Positions 25,211 through 32,000 of a stretch of 32,000 nucleotides of DNA are shown here, one piece after another. Position 1 is the first letter of the stretch. Every line of letters begins with the position of its first letter. The stretch is from Fluviicoccus keumensis (GTDB taxonomy: Bacteria > Pseudomonadota > Gammaproteobacteria > Pseudomonadales > Moraxellaceae): positions 157,889 through 189,888 of the forward strand of contig NZ_SHKX01000014.1 of NCBI RefSeq assembly GCF_004217445.1, in the 5' to 3' direction. Under the pieces are notes generated by a model. It was not told where the DNA came from. It did not search any database and worked only from the letters and a program-made list of their open reading frames with translations. The position numbers and the translations under genes are program-made.

Positions 25211-26575
25211 GGGTATCTCCTTGTCCTGGCTTTGGGTTTTTCGGATTTTGCGATTTATGCAGGCTTTGCAGAGGGCAGCACGAAAGCCGTTGATCTGATG
25301 GTCGGCCCGAATTCGGGTAACAATGGAGGCCAATAGCGTTTGGGGATAGGCTCCCCCCGTGAGGATGGCCCGGGTCAGCTCACCGGCGAGTTGCGGCGGA
25401 ATATTCTCCACCTTACCCAAAGCAGCCGTTTCGTAAAGCAATCGCCAAACAGCGGGTGATGTTTTCCACGGTAGCGGCAGGATCATCAGATCTCGGTAAT
25501 GCCAAGCCAGACTGGCGGCCAGCACGCCCAAGTTGTCCGCGTACCAGAAACGCACCGAGATTCTGGCTGCGTTGGGGGACAACCCAAGAATGTAGAATCG
25601 GGTATTTTCATCCAGGTCGGGGCGCACCTCATGTAGCGGTCGCCCGGCGGCCATTTGCTGCATCGTGGAATATAAAGCCTGAGTCTCACTCTCGTCAGTG
25701 GGGCTGATGGCCATAGAGAAAAATGACTCTGCGGCCTCTGATGCCCAATCATCTTTTGCCTCCGCCCAAAATACGACGGAAGTATCTCCAACTCTTAATC
25801 TTTGATGGGATGCATCCGTTTTCCTAAGCAAATAATTTAGGGCTGCTGTATAGCGAAATGAAACCTTCTTGGAAACAGGAGCATTATTACCCTGATCCTT
25901 TCCGTAGGATTTGAATGCATCCTTGTTGAAAGAAACAATATCAGCACCGGAAGATTGGGCGTCCCAAACTCCTTTGATCGGCGGATGAATTCTCTCGATT
26001 GCATCCATCTCACCACTTACAAGGCACCTTCCTACTTGACCTGAATCACGACTCAATATGTCAATCCATATACTACGCGCCTGCTCACGATCATGCAGAT
26101 ACCCCTTATCACCATCAAGCCTGATCGCAAAAACCGCATCTTTCATATCAGCCGCAACAAAAGGAGGCTTATCAAAATCCTCCACTTTCCAAAACTCAAG
26201 AAATCTCAGAAAAGCCAACAGCCCATCATCTGTCACTTCGTGGAGTACCTCACGGTGAAATCTGACGAATTCAGCATGCTCTTTTTGTGTGCGCTCCGTG
26301 GGCTCCTTTGCAACCCCGAACAGATATGCGGTTTTATCCCACAAGAATTTTGCCCGAATTGCAGAGGCTGATTTCTCAGGCCTTGGGACCTCGACCCTTC
26401 TGGAAAATATCTTTTTCCCCTCAATGACTCTCAAATCATCGACTGAAACGACCTTCCCATCCTTCGAAATCACAACTGCATAATCAACATTTTCGTCCGT
26501 GAAACCATAGGGCGGAACTTTATTTGGCTTTAAAGCTAGCCTCTGATAATACCGATCCAACGCCGCCAAGATCAT
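24806..26575 (-). CDS. cas8c: Cascade large subunit Cas8c (Csd1)
   Basis: The protein is 589 aa. The N-terminus [13 protein letters not shown] is typical of Csd1. The gene lies between cas5c and cas7c, and its start overlaps the cas5c stop (ATGA). Confidence 0.9.
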   Translation of the reverse strand: MILAALDRYYQRLALKPNKVPPYGFTDENVDYAVVISKDGKVVSVDDLRVIEGKKIFSRRVEVPRPEKSASAIRAKFLWDKTAYLFGVAKEPTERTQKEHAEFVRFHREVLHEVTDDGLLAFLRFLEFWKVEDFDKPPFVAADMKDAVFAIRLDGDKGYLHDREQARSIWIDILSRDSGQVGRCLVSGEMDAIERIHPPIKGVWDAQSSGADIVSFNKDAFKSYGKDQGNNAPVSKKVSFRYTAALNYLLRKTDASHQRLRVGDTSVVFWAEAKDDWASEAAESFFSMAISPTDESETQALYSTMQQMAAGRPLHEVRPDLDENTRFYILGLSPNAARISVRFWYADNLGVLAASLAWHYRDLMILPLPWKTSPAVWRLLYETAALGKVENIPPQLAGELTRAILTGGAYPQTLLASIVTRIRADHQINGFRAALCKACINRKIRKTQSQDKEIPMSLDLEETNTAYRLGRLFALLEEIQQAALGDKINATIRDRYYGAASATPASVFPLLLKNTMNHLSKVRKDKPGRAVNLEKTLGEIMNGMGTTFPRNLRLEEQGRFVIGYYHQHQQRFAGKPDATEANANNTEEN

Positions 26576-27237
26576 GACTTCATCTCCGAATAATCCGGAA
26601 CCTCAATCACGCCATCAACCATCTCAGCCTTGAAAAACATCGGCGTCATCCCGTTCGCAAAATCAATATCCCCCAGCATCCAACCCAAATCCTTGGTCCC
26701 CAGCAGGCTGGCATCCGGATTCGGCAACTCGTCCCCTATCAGCAATTCAAAACTTGCCGGAAACTCCCGATTGCCCAAACAGGGTTGGTGGAAACACTGC
26801 CCCTTTTCCGCCCGCCGCTTGAACATCTCGGCATGCTTGGCCTCGTTGTCCTGCGGACCTGCCTTATCCGTCATCTCGAAATGCGCTTCAATCACATAAT
26901 CCACATGCCGCAATACGGTTGCCGCTCGCTGTTGACGATCCTCATCAACATGTGTAACCAAATCGGCTAGCTGGCCGCTTTTCATCGCGGACTTCACATT
27001 GCTAGCCGAAAGCTTCCCACCCACCTCATTCCGCCGTATCGACTCAAACCGCACCGGCTTCAACACATAAATCCGGTCAATCACCCAACGGATGGCAGGC
27101 TTCCAGTGAATCGCCTCCAGAATGCCGCGCGCCGCAGAGGGCGTGATCACATCGTAGGAAACCCGCTCAACCTTCATTTCCGGCCGGGTGAAACAAGCAT
27201 AGTCACCCCATATCCTCAGACGCACGCCATAGCTCAT
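26572..27237 (-). CDS. cas5: Cas5c (Cas5d) pre-crRNA endoribonuclease and Cascade subunit
   Basis: The product is 221 aa from the ATG at 27237-27235 ([30 protein letters not shown], the canonical Cas5d N-terminus). The 18-codon extension in the ORF track overlaps the cas3 end and is rejected. Confidence 0.92.
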   Translation of the reverse strand: MSYGVRLRIWGDYACFTRPEMKVERVSYDVITPSAARGILEAIHWKPAIRWVIDRIYVLKPVRFESIRRNEVGGKLSASNVKSAMKSGQLADLVTHVDEDRQQRAATVLRHVDYVIEAHFEMTDKAGPQDNEAKHAEMFKRRAEKGQCFHQPCLGNREFPASFELLIGDELPNPDASLLGTKDLGWMLGDIDFANGMTPMFFKAEMVDGVIEVPDYSEMKS

Positions 27238-27262
27238 GTCCACACTCCTTAATGCTGCAAAC

Positions 27263-29479
27263 TCACCAAACCAGTCGGCTACTTTCCACAAATACCGGGT
27301 TATCCCAACTCAGTCCCACATGCTCTGAATACAGCCCCTCATTCATCAACACCCGGAACTGGTCACCCCATACCTCTTTCCGGACTGATTGCACCGCCCC
27401 GACTTTTTCCAGCGCATCCAATACCTTCGGGGGAATTTGCACCGTGTATAACTGCAACTCACGCGCTATTCCACCGACTTTATCGGCATAATTAAGCGCA
27501 TGGATTGCCTTCCTGGCCGCCTCGTCGAACGGAATAATGACCGTTTCCAGCGGGCTATCAATTAGGCGGAATTCCGAGGCAATTTTTTCGAAAGGCTGAT
27601 TCTGCAATCTGCCATTGTTGATCTCATCCAGCATGTTCTTACCCAAGCGTGAATCCCGGCCGCTTTCCCGCCGCCAATAAACCAGCCCGAAATACTCACG
27701 GATGGCAGCCAGCGACAAAGGGTCTTGGCGGAACCTCTCATGCCGCAGTACCTCTCGCGTTGCACTGACGAAATCCCGCATTTCCTGCGGCGGCGCAACC
27801 TCCGATTGGAATATCCAGACCTCGCTATCCTCTTTGCGGCGCTTACCCTCACGATTACAGCGCCCGGCCGCCTGGGCAATGGAATCCAACCCGGCCTCGG
27901 CCCGAAGGACGAATGGAAAGTCCACATCCACCCCCGCTTCAATCAGACTGGTGCTGACCAAACGACAGGGCTTCCCTGCCTTCAACATCGTGCGGATTTC
28001 GCCCAGTTTCTGGCTGCGATGCTTGGCGCACATCAAGGTTGTCAGATGATAGGCTCCGGGCTCACCCGCCATCCCGTCGAACAGCTCACGGGCTTGCAAC
28101 CGATTATTGACGATGCATAAGACCTGCGGACGGTTGCACAAGACGTCAATAACCTCCGCATTGGACATCCCTCCCTTTTCCTTCACCGTGACACGGCCCA
28201 GCACTTCGTATAACTGCTCGGGGTCAGGGGCAATCTCGCGCACATTCGCAAAACCGTTTTCAAAATCCCCCTCGGATAAAGCCGGTTGAGTCGCCGTGCA
28301 CAGCACCAGACTGCTGCGATAGTTGCGGGCCAATTCATCGATAGCCGCCATGCAGGGTCTCAGGAATTTCAGCGGAAGCGTCTGCGCTTCATCCAGAATT
28401 ACAACGCTGTTGGCAATACGATGCAGCTTGCGGCACTTGGAAGGACGATTGGCGAACAGGCTTTCAAAAAACTGGACCGCCGTGGTCACGATCAACGGCG
28501 CATCCCAGTTTTCCATCGCCTGCCGTAATTTGGCTCGGGACTCAGGCTTGCCGCCGTCATCATGGAATGCGCTGTGATGCTCAAGAACGGCTTCGTCACC
28601 CAGCACCTGCCGGAAAACGGCTGCATTCTGTTCAACAATGCTGGTATAGGGAATGACATAGATAACGCGCTCCATGCCGTGCCTCAGCGCGTGTTGCAAG
28701 GCAAAGGATAGAGACGTGAGCGTCTTGCCGCCGCCTGTCGGCACTGTCAGAGAAAACAGTCCGGGAGCCTCTGCCGCTTTCTCTCCGGCCTGCGACAGGA
28801 TATGTCTTCGCTGCTCGTTAATCGCACCTTGCAACGGCATGGTTTGTAAATGCGCCTGCAAACGTTGATGCAACAGCGCCAATGTCGGGTGATTGCCTCT
28901 GCCGGATGCCTTTCCTTCGAGCTGCAGATAAAAGGCTTCCGTATCCAGATAATCCGCATCAACCAGACACGAAAACAGCATCCGGATCAGAAACGCCGAC
29001 TGAAAACCAAGTTGTTTCTTTTCAACCCGAATGGGTGGATTGGGCAATACCTCGGGCAGTGTAACTTCTTGCTGCCATTGAGGATCAGGCTCTAAACCCG
29101 TTCGCGCCAGGCGGGCCTTAAGGTCGGATATGGATTGGTTGTCACAAAAAAAGCCATTGGCCAGCCCGGCATGATGGCCCGCTATGGCATAGGCAATGAG
29201 ATACGCAGATGGTCCCCACAGCTTAACCGCGACTTGAGCGCCCGCCGTGGCATGGTCAACTTTGCCACCTTCGCCGTTAATCCGCTGCTGGAATCCTTGG
29301 GTGTATTTGCCAAGGTCGTGTAACAGGCCGGCTACTTTTCCGTAAGGCTCACAGCCAAACTCTTTAGCAAATTGCGAAGCCAACTCACCGACGGCGGACA
29401 GGTGATCCGACAGCAACTGCCAGTCAGACTTGTCTGGATTGGTTGTTGAATGCGCAAAATAATTTTTCTTTTCCACCAC
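27263..29479 (-). CDS. cas3: Cas3 HD nuclease/helicase
   Basis: The protein is 738 aa. HD motifs are present (LLHDLGK, VDH). The helicase Walker A is TVPTGGGKT and motif II is ILDEAQTL. The start is a GTG at 29479 or 29476, just after a GGGAGG Shine-Dalgarno, so the exact start codon is uncertain. Confidence 0.93.
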   Translation of the reverse strand: MVEKKNYFAHSTTNPDKSDWQLLSDHLSAVGELASQFAKEFGCEPYGKVAGLLHDLGKYTQGFQQRINGEGGKVDHATAGAQVAVKLWGPSAYLIAYAIAGHHAGLANGFFCDNQSISDLKARLARTGLEPDPQWQQEVTLPEVLPNPPIRVEKKQLGFQSAFLIRMLFSCLVDADYLDTEAFYLQLEGKASGRGNHPTLALLHQRLQAHLQTMPLQGAINEQRRHILSQAGEKAAEAPGLFSLTVPTGGGKTLTSLSFALQHALRHGMERVIYVIPYTSIVEQNAAVFRQVLGDEAVLEHHSAFHDDGGKPESRAKLRQAMENWDAPLIVTTAVQFFESLFANRPSKCRKLHRIANSVVILDEAQTLPLKFLRPCMAAIDELARNYRSSLVLCTATQPALSEGDFENGFANVREIAPDPEQLYEVLGRVTVKEKGGMSNAEVIDVLCNRPQVLCIVNNRLQARELFDGMAGEPGAYHLTTLMCAKHRSQKLGEIRTMLKAGKPCRLVSTSLIEAGVDVDFPFVLRAEAGLDSIAQAAGRCNREGKRRKEDSEVWIFQSEVAPPQEMRDFVSATREVLRHERFRQDPLSLAAIREYFGLVYWRRESGRDSRLGKNMLDEINNGRLQNQPFEKIASEFRLIDSPLETVIIPFDEAARKAIHALNYADKVGGIARELQLYTVQIPPKVLDALEKVGAVQSVRKEVWGDQFRVLMNEGLYSEHVGLSWDNPVFVESSRLVW

Positions 29480-29640
29480 GCCTCCCTGCCCTGTTCAGGA
29501 ATTGTGCTATCTCCGATCTAAGCACATCCCTCTCATTCGCTCCATAACCACTCTGATCCTAAGCGACACAGACCGTCGCTCAAACACCACTCATCCCCAA
29601 AAAACATGTACACGCCGTAAACATGAGGCCATAACGTGTT

Positions 29641-29709
29641 GATTTTTCCGCATTTCATAAACATGACAAGTGCCTCATGTCGATTTTTGCCCTCTTTATC
29701 GACATGACA
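29641..29709. promoter_or_regulatory. Repeated motifs upstream of cas3, a candidate regulator binding region
   Basis: An imperfect 28-nt direct repeat occurs at 29641-29668 and 29682-29709 (21/28 identical, 41-bp period). An inverted repeat tcatgtcgat-N13-atcgacatga lies at 29675-29707. The AACATG(A) core recurs at about 29603 and 29619. Confidence 0.3.
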
Positions 29710-29717
29710 TCACCCGG

Positions 29718-30575
29718 CTACGCCCTCTTCCTCCCCCACTTCCACGGCTGAATCGCCCCCACACTGACACCGATCAATCCCAGCACCACGCTCAGGGTCA
29801 GCGGCTCACCCAGCAGCGGCACCGCCAGCGTCGCCCCCAGCACCGGGGCCAGCGCCAGGAAAGCGCCGGTAGTGAATGGCCCCAGGCGGCGCTGCGCCTC
29901 GATAAAGCTCAGCATCGCCACGATCACCACCAGGATGCCCTGGAACAGGGACTGGGTAATGATGGTGGGCCAACTGGCCGCGGCCAGCCCGGACGGCAGG
30001 AACAGCGCATACACCGGCATGAACAGCAACGCCGACAGCAGCGCCACGCCCATCGTCGCCTCCAGCGGCGGCACCGCCCAGCGCTTCAGCAACGCGCCAT
30101 AAAAGCCCCAGCAGCACGACGCGGCAATGAAGCACAGCTCGCCCCAACCCAGCTTGGCGTCATGATGCATTTCCCCCCAGGCCATAGAACCGATGCCCGC
30201 CGCGATGAACACCAGCGTGATCCAGCGGTCGCGGGTCATTTTCTCACCCAGCACGAAATACGTGGCCACCGCCGTCCAGAACGGCAGGATGCCCGACAGC
30301 AGCACCGCCCCGTGCGAGGCCGGGGCCCGCGAGAACCCGGCATAGGCCAGTCCGGCATAACCGATGCCGCCCAGCAAGGCCAGCAACAGGAATTTACCGG
30401 TGAAGTAATGGCGCACGCCACGCACGACCACCACCGGCAGCAGCACCAGCGCCGCCGTGCCGAACCGCAGCGCGGTAATGTCCCACGGCGTCAGCTCGCT
30501 TTTGCCGCCCAGACGGGATATCAGGATGAAACTGGTCCAGACACAGAGGGTGAACAACAGGATGCCATAGCTCAT
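29718..30575 (-). CDS. EamA/DMT-family transporter
   Basis: The product is 285 aa from the ATG at 30575-30573 (MSYGILLFTLCVW...). It is hydrophobic throughout, with about 10 predicted helices in two EamA-like halves. The 52-codon extension in the ORF track translates a REP element (PLPNPLPHGERG) and is rejected. Confidence 0.8.
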   Translation of the reverse strand: MSYGILLFTLCVWTSFILISRLGGKSELTPWDITALRFGTAALVLLPVVVVRGVRHYFTGKFLLLALLGGIGYAGLAYAGFSRAPASHGAVLLSGILPFWTAVATYFVLGEKMTRDRWITLVFIAAGIGSMAWGEMHHDAKLGWGELCFIAASCCWGFYGALLKRWAVPPLEATMGVALLSALLFMPVYALFLPSGLAAASWPTIITQSLFQGILVVIVAMLSFIEAQRRLGPFTTGAFLALAPVLGATLAVPLLGEPLTLSVVLGLIGVSVGAIQPWKWGRKRA

Positions 30576-30648
30576 TACGCGTGATTGCGAAGCGAACACG
30601 GAGGGTACTCGGGGAGGGAGGGAGCATGGGAGTATAGCGGAAAAGCGG

Positions 30649-30784
30649 GGAGGTAATCCCCTCTCCCCGTGGGGGAGAGGGTTAGGGAGAGGGGTGCGGA
30701 AAGCGGCTTGCACACCACATAGGCAACTCAAGTGCTACCGTCGCACCCCTCTCCCCGGCCCTCTCCCCATGGGGAGAGGGGGTG
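30649..30784. repeat. Composite REP/MITE-like element made of two inverted copies of the GGGGAGAGGG-NNNN-GGGAGAGGGGTGCG unit around a spacer of about 50 bp
   Basis: The left arm is 30649-30689 and the right arm is 30742-30784. The reverse complement of the right arm differs from the left only at TTAG versus CCGG. Each arm also contains its own CCCTCTCCCC/GGGGAGAGGG palindrome. Confidence 0.65.
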
Positions 30785-30786
30785 CT

Positions 30787-31533
30787 TTAGCGCGTCCGTT
30801 GCCGGTAGGCTTCGTACAACGCCACGCCGGTGGCGACGCTGACATTCAGGCTCTGCACGCTGCCGACCATCGGGATGAAGGCCAGTTCGTCGCAGTTCTC
30901 GCGGGTCAGACGGCGCATGCCCGCGCCTTCCGCGCCCATCACAATCGCCATCGGGCCGGTCAGCTTGATTTCATACAGCGACTTGGCCTCGGGCGTCAGC
31001 GTGGTGCCGACGCGCCACACGCCCGCGTCAGCCAGCTGGCCCAGCGTGCGGGCCAGGTTGGTCACCTGGAAGAACGGCAGCACTTCCGCCGCGCCGGAGG
31101 CGGTCTTGCGCGCCACCGGCGTCAGGCCGGCGGCGCGATCCTTCGGCGCCACCACGCCGTGCACGCCCACCGCCTCGGCGGTGCGCAGGCAGGCGCCCAG
31201 GTTGTGCGGGTCGGTGATGTTGTCCAGCACCAGCAGCAGCGGCGGCACCTGCAGGCCTTCCACCAGCGTCATCAGCTCGCTGTCACCCTGCACCGGCAGC
31301 GGCCGCGTGCGCGCCGCCACCCCTTGGTGCTGCGGGCTGCCGGACATCTGGTCCAGCTTGTCGCGGCTGGTCGACTGCAGCGAGATGCCGTGGCGCTTGG
31401 CCAGGTTCTCAATCACATGCAGACGGTTGTCATCCCGCGTCAGCAGGATGAAGACTTCCAGCACCGACTCGGGGTGCTGGTGCAGCAGGGCTTCCACGGT
31501 ATGGATGCCATAAACCAGTTCGGGCTTGGCCAT
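30787..31533 (-). CDS. rlmB: 23S rRNA (guanosine-2'-O)-methyltransferase RlmB (SpoU/TrmH family)
   Basis: The protein is 248 aa. SpoU motifs are LVLDNITDPHNLGACLRTAEA and MGAEGAGMRRLTRENCDELAFIPMVGSVQSLNVSVATG. The gene lies immediately downstream of rnr, as in many proteobacteria. Confidence 0.9.
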   Translation of the reverse strand: MAKPELVYGIHTVEALLHQHPESVLEVFILLTRDDNRLHVIENLAKRHGISLQSTSRDKLDQMSGSPQHQGVAARTRPLPVQGDSELMTLVEGLQVPPLLLVLDNITDPHNLGACLRTAEAVGVHGVVAPKDRAAGLTPVARKTASGAAEVLPFFQVTNLARTLGQLADAGVWRVGTTLTPEAKSLYEIKLTGPMAIVMGAEGAGMRRLTRENCDELAFIPMVGSVQSLNVSVATGVALYEAYRQRTR

Positions 31534-31536
31534 GTC

Positions 31537-32000
31537 TTACCCCTTCTTCTCGGTTTTGGCCTTCGGTTTGCCCCGGTTGCGGTTGCGGGGCTTCTTCGGC
31601 TTCGGCTTGGACTCGCCTTCCGCGACAACCGCTGCGGCCGGCTGGGCTGCCGCCTTGGCCTTTTGGCGCTGCGGACGCGGCTTGGCGGCGGGCTTGGCTT
31701 CGGGGCGGGACTCGCCCTCGGCCGCCGCCGGGCCTTTCTTCGTCCGGCGCGCCGCGTGCAGGCGGCCTTCCAGCTCGAAGTCCATCTTGCGCTCGTCCAG
31801 ATTCACGCCGGCGACACGAATCTGCACCTTGTCGCCCATGGCGTAGACCACGCCGGTGCGCGAGCCGGTCAGGGTGTGCATCACCGGGTCGAAATTGTAG
31901 AAGTCGCCTTCCAGGTTGCGGATGTGCACCAGCCCTTCCACAAAGATGTCATCCAGCGCCACGAAGAAGCCGAAGCTGGTGACGGCGGTAATGACGCCCT
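31537..32000 (-). CDS. rnr: Ribonuclease R, C-terminal part (5' end lies outside the window)
   Basis: The frame stays open to nt 32000. An S1-domain motif is present (GVITAVTSFGFFVALDDIFVEGLVHI), followed by a Lys/Pro/Ala-rich basic tail. The GTG at 31962 in the ORF track is internal. Confidence 0.88.
   Translation of the reverse strand, partial: GVITAVTSFGFFVALDDIFVEGLVHIRNLEGDFYNFDPVMHTLTGSRTGVVYAMGDKVQIRVAGVNLDERKMDFELEGRLHAARRTKKGPAAAEGESRPEAKPAAKPRPQRQKAKAAAQPAAAVVAEGESKPKPKKPRNRNRGKPKAKTEKKG

Noticed and set aside
623-29479. The idea that RecBCD/SbcCD and the CRISPR-Cas locus are functionally linked because they are neighbours, given that RecBCD products feed adaptation in type I-E.
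   Set aside because: The two blocks are separated by three unrelated genes with their own terminators. They also differ strongly in GC, since the cas locus is an acquired insert. The adjacency is most simply coincidental.
29670-30584. A 304-aa plus-strand ORF antisense to the EamA transporter.
   Set aside because: It is a His/Arg/Gln/Pro-rich low-complexity translation opposite a clearly membrane-protein-coding frame, so it is a shadow ORF.

Overview
The window is a GC-rich proteobacterial-type chromosomal segment, roughly 65-75% GC in 60-nt lines counted by hand, and almost all real coding is on the minus strand. From left to right:

1. The 3' part of an AT-rich, unrecognisable plus-strand ORF. 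It converges on recD and overlaps its stop.
2. A co-directional DNA-end-processing block: HNH-sbcD-sbcC-recC-recB-recD.
3. Two tandem UPF0149/YecA-type genes and a small cupin gene.
4. A complete type I-C CRISPR-Cas locus of visibly lower GC. The order is cas3-cas5c-cas8c (with an internal cas11c ORF)-cas7c-[HigB/HigA-like toxin-antitoxin pair]-cas4-cas1-cas2-leader-array. The array has 62 repeats (61 full-length, of which one is degenerate, plus one internally deleted) and 61 unique spacers.
5. An EamA/DMT transporter, rlmB, and the 3' end of rnr.

The points most worth follow-up are:
- a protein toxin-antitoxin pair inserted exactly between the interference and adaptation modules of the cas operon, with its own palindromic operator-like site;
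- a small HNH nuclease with a glycine-zipper tail 21 bp upstream of sbcDC;
- a compositional break inside cas8c;
- two spacers that share a 14-nt core;
- REP/MITE-like palindromes shared by two distant intergenic regions.

I do not see an unambiguous novel multi-gene system. The TA-in-cas arrangement and the HNH/glycine-zipper gene are the best candidates. All calls rest on motifs recognised by eye and on hand indexing. No database search, HMM scan or folding was run.
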